A DNA stretch of 51,276 bases, the filler included, from Jimgerdemannia flammicorona (taxonomy: Eukaryota): assembly GCA_003990765.1 (NCBI GenBank). It is 2 parts of 2 records of this genome, joined end to end, with 100 filler letters (N's around TTAATTAATTAA, not from the genome) between each part and the next. Parts side by side here need not be neighbours in the genome. Positions count along the whole stretch, not along the records: positions 1 to 25,588 come from RBNJ01000816.1; 1 more part is not named here. One strand, given 5' to 3'. The position numbers and the translations under genes are program-made. The notes under the pieces are model-generated. The model did no database searches. It saw only the letters and a program-made list of their open reading frames with translations, and was not told the origin of the DNA. Of the stretch, positions 1 to 12,841 are shown piece after piece (the first letter of the stretch is position 1; every line of letters starts with the position of its first letter).

Positions 1-510
1 TTTTTTTTTAATGGACTTGAAGTTCTGCAGATTTTTATTAGAAGAGATTCTAGACTATATAAGCCAAAACTCTCCCCCACCATCTATTGAGTACTACACT
101 TTCATTAATCTAGACTAGCTATTGTCTAGCAGCTCAACTATATCAGACACAGCAGGGCAAAGTTATCTGTATCTCATTTTATATATTATACTCTTCTTAC
201 TACCAGAGAGTAAACAACTATATATCTAAAGATGTATATTAAAACTCCAATATATATATAAGACTATACTCAAGCTGATTTATATAATCTCTACTGCTCT
301 AAGAAGAGTGACAGGTAAAGAAAAATTCTCCTCAAAGTACAGAATAGTAGATAGGATCTAATTCTTCCTGATAAGATAAGTAGAGGACTTACATATGAGA
401 TAAGAGGAGCCCCTCAATACTCTACTACTCAAGTCTGTAGATCTTGATTATATTACTATATCAGCTTCTGGTTCTAGTTGAGTGTAGCTAAGATATTTGA
501 TCTAGATAGC
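1..510 (-). mobile_element. Probable degenerate 3' end of a non-LTR retroelement (second family)
   Basis: Window opens with a T-run followed by AATGGACTT, the same tail-adjacent motif as AACAGACTT at 15202-15210. The sequence is CpG-depleted like the other repeats. No recognisable protein motif. Confidence 0.3.
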
Positions 511-515
511 TTTGG

Positions 516-1815
516 ACCCCCCAACCACTCCCAATGACTGGGACCCAATCTTATATATCATCAAAAGTAGTCAAGAGTACATAATACCTACTATCTAACT
601 ACTCTATACCAATCAGAAGGCCCCATTAATACAGCACTTACTTTAGCCTTAATAACTGCCCCCAGTCTGATACCCCACTAGTCTACTGTAATTGTTCTTT
701 CTCTTATCTATAATAGTCATCTCTCCTCTCATCTCAACTCCATCTAAAAAACAGCTATCTATACTAGCATCATACTTGCTGAGAAGCTCACCAAAGCCCA
801 GAGGGCTTTACCACAGGTACTGAGAACCTGTAGATAATTTATACTAGTACTTGATGCCTAAGGTTGGCTGATACCCTACATAGTTCATAATATATCAGAT
901 GATATCTTATTGATAATAACAAAAGGAAGAATATATTATACTAAAATAAGTATATCTTAGATATAGTCAGAGATATCAGAGATCATGAAAAAGTAGAAAA
1001 AACATCAATCAGATACTGATAAAGAGATAACTCATCACTATTGCCTTTCTCCCACTATACTCTTATATATATAACAAATCAACCTAAGATAGAGGAGATA
1101 AAAGTAGGAGAAAGGAGACTCAGAAGATCATTTACTAATCTTATAACTGGTATGATAGTAGAGAAAGAAGCTACCCTCAACTACTCTCAATAACTAGAGC
1201 CCAATCTCATATATTATCAAAAGCAGCTAAGAGAAATACCTACTATCTAATCACTTTATACCAATCAGAAGACCCCATTAATACAGTATTCCAATAATTA
1301 TCCTCAGCCTGACACCCCACTGATTCACTATAATTATCCTTCTTCTTATCTATAATGATCATCTCTCTTTCCATCCTAACTCTATTCAAAAAATAGTTAC
1401 TTATACTAGTACCATACTTGTTAGAAAGCTTGTCAAAGCTCAGAGAGCCCCCACTACAGATACTGAAGACCTGCAGATAACCTACACTGGTACTTGATAC
1501 CCAAGGTTGGCTAATATCCTATATAGCTCATAATATACCAAAATAATATCTTGTTAATAATAGCAAAAGAAAAAAGTATGATACCAAAATAGATATATCC
1601 CAGATATAGTCAGAGATACCAGAAACTATAAAAAAAGTAGAGAAAGTACTGATCCAACACTAATAAAGAAATAACTCATCACCACTACCTTCCTTCTACT
1701 ATGCCCCTACAGGCACAGCAAACCAATCTAAAATAGAGAGAGTAAAAGCAAAAGAAAGAAAACTTAGAAAATTACCTACCAATCTTATGATCAATATAAT
1801 AATAGAAAAAGAAAC
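516..1815. repeat. Two diverged tandem copies of a ~655 bp unknown repeat unit
   Basis: ~516-1172 aligns with ~1174-1815, e.g. CCAATCAGAAG(G/A)CCCCATTAATACAG, AAGGTTGGCT and GATATAGTCAGAGATA occur in both. Most differences are transitions. A third, inverted partial copy lies at ~14389-14830. Confidence 0.85.
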
Positions 1816-2074
1816 ATCTGAAGAGATCAGCTTTCTTCATCTTTATAATACATTCTCTACTATACATCAACTTTGATATTATAGTTTATCTATAGAAATA
1901 GTCCTTTTCAACTTTGGCCAATATTTTTTTTTTTTTTTTTTTTTATGGAGAATGAATATCACTATGGTCGCGATACATGGAGGCACAAAATAGTAACAAA
2001 AATCATTTGTATGACAATGGGATTCTGGCAGATTTGGATATACACTAATCATTCCGAACTTCTCGCCACTCGAT

Positions 2075-2853
2075 TTAAGCTACCAGCCGACTTAATCTGT
2101 GAGCGATTGGTGGCTTCATGCTCTCAATAATTTGCCTGATTCGAAGTGTGTGTTCATGCGTCTTCACGAAATGCGATTTGACATGGTATCTATGCGATCA
2201 GAAGAGCAATTACACAAATGTCAAGGCACATGGCGGAATGATACCGTACCTCCAAAGTACAAAAACGTGATAGGACGCAGCAAAGAAAATGATACGTACA
2301 GAAAATCATAGACTTGCTCCAAAGCTTGTGTACTAGAATTGGGCTTAAGCTCCAAAGCGGACGTCACTTGATATACTAAGTGCATCAACTCCACAGAAAA
2401 CTGAGAGCGCCGTGCATAGATTTCAGCAACTGCTCAAATGCTTCAACGCTGACGTAAGTGCATTTGCAATATCTCACCTCAGCATTCACGTGCGGCACCT
2501 TCTCGATGCGATGCAGAACTGGCCCTATAAGCGCGCACATGAATGAAAGCTGCACGTCTGTGGTAAGGATACCGCTTTCGCGCAAAGACCGGAAGTATTG
2601 CAAGAACACGCCGAAAGAATCCAGAGAAGAATAGTGCAGAACACTATGAAACAGTGTCAGAAAACTGTTAGGAGTATTGGTACAGTAGTTGTGCACGTTA
2701 AATGTATAGTCGTTAAACGTGTAGGTGAATGTTTTGGTTTTGGCCAGATGGGCCTCAGTCGTCGATGCGCCTCGCAAGACGCGAGAGTTCGCTAAGTCCT
2801 GCAGCCACGGCGCGGCACCATTCATCGACTGAAGTAGTTCACATTGAATCTAG

Positions 2854-2906
<53 letters not shown>

Positions 2907-5900
2907 GTATTTGGTTTCAATAACATACGACCAATAACGAGTTTAGTGTGGATGCCTTGCAACTTGATATAGCTAAACCCTAAGGTACAGCACACACACA
3001 TGTGAGGGGAGGAGTGAAAGACGGAGACCGAACCAACTTACCAAAGTGCAAGGTTCTGAATTTTCCAGAAGATATGGATCCGTTCTTATTACATGAATAA
3101 GTTCCACCCATATGGGCATGACGAAGTCGTCTACAGGTAGGCTCGCAATCAGGAGACCAATAGCGTGCATGGTCATTGCCGATATTCCTATACTGTGATC
3201 ACCTCGAACCAAAGCTAGGTCAAGGATGTAGCGAACGATCTGCGATGGCGGAACTGGTGCTGCCATAATTTCGACCGACGCATTGTACATGGCTTGGACT
3301 GCTGGGTTAGCGATCTCACGAAAATGTCTCTCAGGCAAGCTCGGGTTCGATTTCGGGGCAGATTTCTGAGGCGATAGATCTGGACAGTGATAAAAGTATG
3401 AGATAACTAGGTTACAAAGCATTGCCTGTGTCGCAGAAAAATGATACTTACTCTGCGCCAACTTGTTAACTACACGTTCAAAGTATGCACTATCAAATAC
3501 TGTATCTGAAGCGTTCTCATTTGTTGCATAATCTTTGATTTCCGGTGCCAGCTCGTGTTGCGTGAAATCTGCAAATCGATTATCGTCATAATTCAATGAT
3601 TAAAATATGGCGAAAATCCTTCCCTGCCCATAACTAACAGGATACTCGAAATTTCGCCCACCAAGCAACTTTAATATATGTTTCATCACTCTTGGCTCCT
3701 TGAGAACTGGCGAAGTAAAATAGTTATGCAAGAGCCCACGCACAAAAGACAGCTGGTAGTGATGATAGTAGTACAGGCATTCGTATTTCTCCAGAATCTT
3801 AATCAGCAGTTCCACTTGCTGATATTCGATTAGACGACCGAGTAGTGTGTCGAAGATGGGAAAAAAACGTATTACGGCGTTCGTGTAGTAGACTGGCATC
3901 TGAGTGGAGCAGGGTGGGTCGAGTGTCTTTTCTATCCGATCATAACCATCATAACCGTTCATCGCATAGGCCTCGTACTCAAAGAATTCAGGGAATTCCT
4001 TCAGATATTGCATTAACTTATCGTGGTGATCGTCCTCTGTCCAGTAACGGTAACTGAAATCCAACCTTATCCACTTAGCAAAGCGATTTGAAAACTCTAG
4101 CGAACCAACAAGCAGATATTCCAAGAAGTTGAAAGTTTTTTCGACTCGAGACGGATGGATATGGCCTCGCACCAACGCAAATATCACATGGTTGAAATCG
4201 AGGATCTGGTACTTCCAAATGAAGCGGTCGAGAATCGTGAAGGACTAGGCAGCCAACGTATTGATATATCGTCAGCCTTTAACTTTCTTTCGCTTTGTTT
4301 GTTATTCCTTGACCGCGAAAAATAAATTTATGAGAAATCCGGTTTACCTGAACGGGGTCAGAATATTCTTTCTCCAGAATGAAATCCACTAGATCCAAGG
4401 TATAAGAAGCCATTCTAGAAGCCGGAAACATAAGAAGAATTTTTCGAACCGCTATTGCCCATAACAAGATAATGAAAGTTGAGTACATCATGGTGTTATT
4501 ATTGTTGGAGAAAAAAAAAGGATCGGGAAGGTGAAGTTATGGATTTGCATATAGTACTCACAGCTCATCGAAATAGCATCTACTGATTTCATTAACGCAA
4601 TCGTCCACACGATACAGAGAAAATTCGGCTGATTCTCCAGAAGACTGTAGCGTTCTTTAATGTTGCGTTCGTCTGCAATAGTGCCTTGTCCCAACAAGTA
4701 GCTAGCAAGTGGATTGTTGGAACTCATAGGTTTGATCTGCATTTGAATCGCATAACAGACCGTTAAGGTTATATCAACGATCGGAAACCGAATATGATCT
4801 CCAAGGCAATTACCTTTTGTTGACTTAAAGCTGGTTTCGTATTACCAGTGCTTGGTTGTTCGATATAGAATGAACGTACAACCTCCGGAAGAAAATGTAA
4901 AGTTTGTTCCGACCATTCCAACCGATAGGGGTAAAGCTCGTGAAGCACACGGTGAATCATTTCCGTTGGCAAATCGGCTTGACCTCTGTAATGAGAAAGG
5001 TGGGATACATGATTTATCGAGGATCTTTCGCAAATCAGAGTGCAACGTGGAATTTTTGATCACAACAGCATACCTGGTTTTAATTAATTTGCCAATGCTT
5101 AATACCATCACTCGAGCTAGCATCTCCGATTCGGCAAACCAGATAGGTTTGTCCCGGTTTCTGTCGTCCAGCGTGCGCAAAACTTTTATGTCAATCTGCA
5201 TTCTCTAATAGTCCCAACAAGTAGTCAGGTAAGTAAAGAAACGAGGCCATTAACACAACATAGGGCTAGATACTTCAAAGCAAAAAGTATTACCATTACA
5301 TTCACCGCAAAGGATTCTAAAACGAAATATATCTGTCGGTGTTCTATAGAAGATATTGAATACCGGATACTATACAGTAGAGTGAACGATAGGGACGAGT
5401 ATGTGCACGGTGATTAAGGATGAACAACAGAACAAGTGAACAATTCCAAACTGCTACTTCTGCATTTTTTTGGGTTCCATTTTGCAAAACATAAAGGATA
5501 TTTTAAAAACCGCAGAAATCGATAATTGAGCAATTGCAGCACTGTGTGCAGCCAGCGTAACGTATGATCCGGTACTGCGGGTCCACCCGCGGCGCGAGTC
5601 TTGATTGATTTGTCGCATCGGCGGAGTTTGTCAAGAATCTCTTTAACCATGAGATCAGCACTAGGAATACAGAGTGTCAAATTGGTCCTGGATTGGGTGC
5701 GTAACTATTCTGAACAAACATCGACATAAAATCTCATATTGACGATGTGCAAGTTCACTTACGAGCACGGTGCACTATACAGTAGCTTATATACAACATC
5801 GAGGACGTACGGTGACACACAATTGACTTGACTTGAGGTGTCCGATTGAAATTGGGGTCCAGAGTCGCTATCGAGCATCATTTTATATATAAGTTGCAAT

Positions 5901-8900
5901 AACCTATTCAGTTAAAACCAACACATTAGTAAGGAGCATTACAATACACTGGGGAATTTTTTCTGATCTAACATACCTATGTTTTGCACTGACGTTGAGA
6001 AAATCCAGAAGCTTGTGACCCAATGCACCACCTTTAAGGTAGGTCGCCTTTGGGAAGGCAAGTTTGCCGAGATCCACCATATTCGGCACGAGATAGACAT
6101 AAAGAGTATTGGGCACAAGGTTTTGGCGTAACTGGCTCTCCATGGAGATTTTTATAATCTCCTGCATCTGTAAATTGCGAAAAACTCCGTGGTTGGTAGC
6201 ATTACCTAAATATATCAGCGGTGACGGGATATTCAATATATATTGTTGGTGTCATGCTGACCCGATCATTGACAGAAATGGACTGCTCACTGTAGTATTG
6301 GTTGCTAAAATACTGCTGCAAATGATTGCAAATCGTAGCATATGGAAGGACATGCGTGATTTGTGGGTGACGCTGCCTGATGGTTGTGAGATCGCGGATA
6401 TTCGGCTTTTGGTGGTTAATCTAAGCATGAATGAATGTATAATAGATACGCCCAGTGCACAAATTATTGACAGGCACTACTGCCGACAAGATTTCAATCA
6501 AAGTACTCCTCCCACTACGAAAAAGTTCCACATCGGCACCATTCTCAAGAGATTACTTACCGCGCACGGCAAAGCGAGATCACGAAGCGAAAACGCGTCT
6601 ATAGATATTATCTGCTTTTCGTTGTACAACTTCACAAGCATGTCAAACAGTCGCTCATCCCCGGCTAAATCCTTGGCGATTACATTAGAACCGATTTTCT
6701 CTATGTCTTACGAGAGCGTATGACATCATATGATTCCCATAGTCAAGGATAAATTTGCCAATATTTTGTACATGAAAAATCACCATCCTCGGCAGAAACG
6801 AAGAATCCAAGAAATAATACGGAACAGCGCAAAATACCAAACAGTAAAAATCACAAAAGGATACGAAATAATTGCAGCAAAAGCCAAATGAGCGAATTGT
6901 CCTTACGGAGTCGCCGCTTAGTGTCTGTTAACGAAGATGACGCACTTTCCGGAGAGACCATTTGATAGAAGTCCTGCAAGATACTTTCGTATGTGAAGAA
7001 GCTGCAAGCACCTCGATTGAAAATTTCATAATCACCATCAGCCAACGAATTCAGATTATGTAAACCGTAGCAATTGTCAGCTAAGCCTCAAAACGTACTC
7101 TGCCGCTACAAAGCTATACAGTTGGTCTGCGGTCTCAATCATCATTTCCCACAAGTCGATGTTCTCCGGGATCAGCATATCTGTCTCCTCATTGGCGGCC
7201 GAGGGCGTACTGAGGTCGGATTGTTTCATCTCTGCAGGTGCGTCTGTGGTTTCAGATAATCATGAATATGGTCGAAATTTCAAGCTAAAAATACGCAAAG
7301 AGTACTCGACATTGTCGCAAGTGAGTCTACCATGTGTAGCTTGTCTCGGTTCATCAAACTTTGACCTCTCCTGGATACATCGCACAACAGCTCGAATCTT
7401 CGCCACCATAGCGCGACGTATCTGGCTCGTGTCGATCGGGCCGCTAGAAGGAGATTTACTGAGTTGCCGATACTCGTCCATTGAAGCACGCTGAAATAGC
7501 ATGTCCCGAAAATGAGATTCCAGACATGTGGAGTTGCCTTCTTTGATAAAATTAATCTATCATGACACAATTGCATATTGCAAAGTTTGGGGAGGGAGAC
7601 AAGTCCAGGCCGTCCGTTATTTAATATGACAGGGGATTCGAACCAAATATAAGTGATGGCGGAATAGAAGCAACACTCGACAATGGGTAAGAATATTACC
7701 AAATCTCCCTCGAACATGTGGTAGCTGAGACGTGTTGTCAGGTCATTGTACTCGTGCCTTCGGCTAATCTGTGATATCAAGGGCCATGATGCATCTGTTC
7801 ATTGCACGGGGCGAAACGAAAGAAAATGTAAGACAGCAGAGTAGAATTCGCGTTTAGATAGTGCTTTCCCAGGCCATCCCAGCCACAAGACAAAATTGTG
7901 AAATGAGTGTACCAGGTGGCATCATGAGAAATACTAGATGCCTGCGCCGTTTACTGAGTTCGTTCACAAAGCGCTCCATTGTCCAGTGAATACTCTTCTC
8001 GAATGTACCCCCAGAGAAGTTTCCGTATATTTTTGGAAGCTGTTGTAGATGAAATAATGTTCACTATGAGCTAATTCAAATAATCATAGGTTTGTACTAT
8101 CACTAGAGCCAATCAAGTAAGGAGTCGTATCCACTCACCGCCACAATAATGTCGTAGTGTGATACACAACCAGCACCATCGCCCTGTGGTCCAACAAGTA
8201 ACGCGTTGATCAAATCCATTCCCTTGTTTAGAGACTCCGTTTGCGAACGAGATAGGCTGGGCGGAAGAGTATTTATCTGTAGCATAACGTGCTTGATAAT
8301 GTCGACTCCATCCGCGGACGAAATGGCCTCTAAGGTTCGTACTGGGTCCTTATCAATCAGAGAAAGAAGAAATGTAATTATCATGGACCATGTTTGATGG
8401 CAATTGATGTCAAGCGCCTCTCGAAGGTGTTTAAAAATGAGCGAGACGGGAAAACTGGGCGGGTGGTTGTGATAGAACGCCGACCCAGATGTCGACGCCG
8501 GCGTTCCAACAATATTTGGAGTGGATATCGGGTCCGACGATGCGTCAATAAGCAAAGTTTGGATAAAATTTAGTAGGAATCTTATTTTGGACTCAGAATC
8601 AATGGATTCTTTAATTTTTTGTACAATGAGTTTCATAGGCTCTTCCTACGTGAATACGAGATCATAGGGAGGGAGTCGGTGAGTTATGCGCGTTGAATGC
8701 TATCTCTGGGAAGGGGAATCGACTCCTAGAATAAATCTTACCGCATTGCCACTAGCAGCATGCGAAGCCTTGGCAAACTCTACCGCAAGATCAGCGATAT
8801 AATCATTCGACGCAATTTGGCCAAGATTTCTCACTCTTTTTGCTGGTCGATTATCGAACAAGCTTTGGTTTTAGGAAACAAAATGGAAACGAACCACATT

Positions 8901-9148
8901 AAGTTGGATTGTTCGGGAATGAACTTCAAAATATGAGTAAACTGACCCGAAATACAGAGGTTGACGACTGTAACTCAGTTCCAAATCCTGCAAGGAATGG
9001 TTAGTTAGAATAGATATTATTATGTAAGTTGATAGATAATGAACAAACGGGTCGCAAGAGAAATGTGAGTTGGCAGACATAGACGACGGAGTACATTTTT
9101 CTGAACATCTTGCAGGGCAACAGATAGAGCGTTGTACAGAGTCTCCAT
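2075..9148 (-). CDS. MED23: Mediator of RNA polymerase II transcription subunit 23 (multi-exon)
   Basis: Spliced translation from ATG 9148 (METLYNALSVALQ) to TAA 2075. It contains MED23-type motifs MPVYYTNAVIRFFPIFDTLLGRLIE, HFREIANPAVQAMYNASVEIMA, MHAIGLLIASLP and C-terminal VYDFLYHVK. The introns traced preserve phase. The N-terminal exons are less certain. Confidence 0.9.
5403..5501 (-). other. U12-type (minor spliceosome) AT-AC intron in MED23
   Basis: Donor |ATATCCTTT, branch site TCCTTAAT ~10 nt before the AC| acceptor. Removal restores ...YRFLRFLK-YSSLSFTLLYSIRYSISSIEHRQIY in frame. Confidence 0.9.
6707..6864 (-). other. U12-type GT-AG intron in MED23
   Basis: Donor |GTATCCTTTT, branch site TCCTTGAC (6749-6742), acceptor AAG|. 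Removal gives LIWLLLQLF-H-IEKIGSNVIAKDL in frame. Confidence 0.8.
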
Positions 9149-9342
9149 TAATGAATGAATAGTAGGCACGAAGGTGGAGGAGTAAGCGGTAGACTGGCTT
9201 TCTATTTGTATACAAGTAGCAGTCACAGTCAAACGTCCAATCAGATCTGTAAACATCTATTTTTACATACACCCTACCAAACTATACACATACATCGTTC
9301 ATAAGGTATGACCGCCAACGCGTTTGTCCATCATCATTCTTA

Positions 9343-12300
9343 TTAGATCCCCCCGCCACCGACCTTTGTCTTCGCCTGCCTATCCTGTTGCCTACGAACT
9401 AGATAGTTGAGTTTATCCATGACCTCTTCCAATTTCATCTTGCGCTCCTGCAAATCGAGGTGTTTACCCAAAGCGGGGTTTTCTCGCGCAAAAGCCTGTA
9501 GCTGGCTAGGTTTGACCTCATATACTAAGCGGTTATCGACCTCTCGCGGGAATTGGAAAAAGAACTCGTTCAGCAACTCCACCTGGATAAACATAACCGC
9601 CTAAGATAAAACCGGAGGAAAGGGAATAATGAAAAAGACGCGGAATTATTATCTGCGGTTTGCCATTGGCATTTGACGCATGCAAAACCAGCTATAACAA
9701 TGCCTCACCCTCCAAAAAAAAAAAAAAAAGAAAACAGAAAGATCGGAGACCGGTTTCACCTACATTATATGTCAATTTCTCTGCAATGACGTTGAGGAAA
9801 GCTTCTGGACAAAACTGCTTGTTATCCGGGATTTTACATTGCCTGGATTTGAGGGCGGCAATCCGGTACTTGAGGATCATGGCGCGATCGCGTAGGAACA
9901 AAGCTTCCCGTGCCTTCTCTAGCAGTTTAGGATTATAGTGAGTGCGGGTGACCTCCTCAAGCTCCACATCCTCGCCGGTTTTGCTGTCTGAAATGCCCTT
10001 CACGCCTTCCTCGGCTGAAAGCCGGGCACGATCCGTACGACGTTGTTCTTCCTTTTCTGTGTCAAGGACATGTTTTATGGCTGCACGAAGCTTCTTTTTG
10101 CCGACTGCGATGCGCATCTGATCACTGAGCTTGTCACACATCTCGAGCTCACGTTCGAGCAGCGCGATGGAGCGGCGAACGCCTTCAGCCCATTCCTGAT
10201 CGGTAACCTCAACTTCATACTTGAATGGCTTGATTGTATTCTCCACCTGATCTGAAGTAGTAAGGAATTTATTGCGCAGAATCTCGCTGCTGAAGTCTAA
10301 AATTTGTTTTTTGGCGCTTGGGTGGAAGCCAAATGGCTCGGCTGATGTGAGCTGTTCCATGTTGTTCATAAGCACGTCAACGACCAGCTGGGTGGTTGCT
10401 CGGCCCACACCGCTCTTAGTTAAAGCAGCTGCACTTAAATCCACTTTGTAAAGCCAATATATGTCGTCGGGGAGAGCCTTCGGGAGCTCGGAAACTTTAG
10501 GATCAGACCAATAAGTTTCGGCGCAGATGTCGAGAACACGTTGTTCTAGCATCGTGCGAACTTCGTGACGCACTTGTGGTTTACCGAAGGAAGTTGCAAA
10601 GTCCTTGAAACTGTGCTTTAGAGAGTCCATGGTTTCTGCGACATACGATTCCGCAGTTACACGGCGGTCATTATATTGCACCTTAAACTGATAACGCGAT
10701 TCTTCAAGCTCTTTCTGTACGGCATCAACAATTCCATACAAAGATCGTCCCATACTTTGTTCTAAAACATTCATCAATTTCCTCCGCAATGTAGCGGTGC
10801 CCACGTTTACGCCACGTTGGTTATAGATTAGATTGCTCCTGAAAAAAGCCTCTTCGTTGCGAATAACTGCTCCAGTCATGTTTCCGTCTCCGGCATTGGA
10901 TGGCACTCGGCTAACGACCCCGATATAGCCTAAATGTAGTGGGTAATCCGAATTCCTCAAAATTGCGGCACCAACCTCCGGCTGCACTAAGTCCATTTTC
11001 GTAATCACACCAATTGTTCGTAAGCCAAGCGGGTCGACCTTGCGACTCGCGTTAAGAGCCGGAGAATTCGCTAGATCAACGTCAGCAGCGCATACGGCCA
11101 AAATGATATTTGGCTCACGTATGTATTTTTCGCAAAGTTCTTCGATTTTTTGCTTCAGCGTTTCAGGCTGATTCCTGTTGTGAATCTGTATATAGCCGGG
11201 CAAATCTATGAGCGTGAGGTCGGGAATGTTGGGAGAATATATACGCAATTCGATGGGCGTGTTGGAGACACACTCCGTTTCAGGAACCGCCAGGTTCAAG
11301 TCCGTAAGTGTTTTCTGCACTTGCTTGAAGTCGTGTACTTTGCCGAGTCCCAGTTGTGGAAATTCACCATATTCTTCGTCGGTTTCCGGCGTATGAATTA
11401 ATGTCAATTCAATGGGCCGGCGGGTCACCATGTTAGAGCCCCTAGTGTGGTTGAAGAAGTTAGAGTACTAGTTGATTGCCCAATCAATGCATTGAAACGT
11501 GTGTTATGTAATGTAGGCAACAATATGCTTACTTTGGCAAGAATTCATGTCCTACGATTGCTTCCAAGACTGAGCTCTTGCCGGAACTCTGCGAACCAAT
11601 AACAACGATGCTGGGTAATTTCAGCGTCTCATTGTGGTCGATAGACATCAAGATGGTCCGAATTTCTATCAATTTTTTGGTCAGCATCATAAATTGTTCA
11701 TCATGCTGTTGAATTGCCGTCCCACTGCGGTCCGATTTCAGGATGGTCTCTTGGCTCTGCCCATCCGAAATTACTACAGCGGTTGCTGCGGCGATGGCAG
11801 CCGCTGTGTTCAGATCCGGGCGCGGATTACTATCATTTGTGCTTTTACTTGTATCGTCGTTCCCTGCTCCGGCAGAAAATTTTCGCTGCGTTGTTGCCTG
11901 ATTATCGTCTGTGGTAGTCTTAGAGGCTAGAAGCCCCTTAATGAAGTCTGGAATCTGGAGATGGATTTCGGGAATGCGAACATCGAAATTCTCTAGTTCG
12001 TCAGACATAACGCCTAAAACGATCTTCATATCTTCGGCAATGCCATATAAAAAGTCCGTTCCGCGATCAGTGTACCCTGGAAAACGTGTAGTAATTATAT
12101 CACAATACATTAAGACGAGAGGTGAAACAGTATGCAAGTCAAAAACCGTTAGCGACCGAAAATATATCGTTGACGTTTACCTTTGACTTTATAGTTCACG
12201 AAAGTGAGACCGGCGGCGGCAGTTCCAGCCGCTGCAACAGGAACCCTAAGTGCATGCACAATGATTCTTGGCGCCGCCGAAAAAACGAACTGCCTTGCTT

Positions 12301-12646
12301 GGTGATTAATGATCCTGCGAGCAAAGGCTTTCGAATAACGATGCACATGGAGCAGAGGGTGTCCAGTAACACAATGAACGCGAAGGCCCGAGGGTGATGC
12401 TCGCGGAGAACGATGGAATGCCCTCGAGACAATCGGAGGAATAGAACTACCGAGAGGTTGGGTCCTGATGGCAGAGGACGATGTAAAGAATCGAGCGGTA
12501 GAGGTGGGACGAGTTGCAAGTGGTATGGAGAATTTCGTTAGAGTAGTACAATTGTGGTAATGAATATTATAAATTGAACGTGGCCGCAGTGTGGAAGAGG
12601 ATCTGGTAGCGGCTAATGGTAACGCTTGCACTAGGCTTGACATCAT
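9343..12646 (-). CDS. MGM1: Mitochondrial dynamin-like GTPase Mgm1/Msp1 (OPA1-like)
   Basis: Exons 12646-12181, 12076-11533, 11441-9764, 9600-9343, all GT-AG. Arg/Ser-rich presequence plus hydrophobic segment, G1 [40 protein letters not shown]-terminal [15 protein letters not shown]...HLDLQERK. Confidence 0.96.
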
Positions 12647-12841
12647 GACGTCGGGAGATCAGCGATGGACTGGAAGTGCAACGTGTTTACAGTGGACGAG
12701 ATAAATCCATATTTATGAATCACATGACACCTTTCACACGTGCCATTTCTGGTTTATTGACAAGAACATGCTAATGCCACAGAATGAAATTGCGACAAAT
12801 GGATCGAGATCTTGTGTAGCCAGCCACGAGGGAAAATATCT

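Noticed and set aside
6109..6723. 204-aa plus-strand ORF and other ORFs antisense to MED23, MGM1, RPS5 and the BTB gene
   Set aside because: Shadow frames opposite real exons, with no recognisable motifs.
9220..9227. Second CAGTCACA upstream of MED23
   Set aside because: Not a ribosomal-protein gene, and the site overlaps the MGM1 3' region; no further support.
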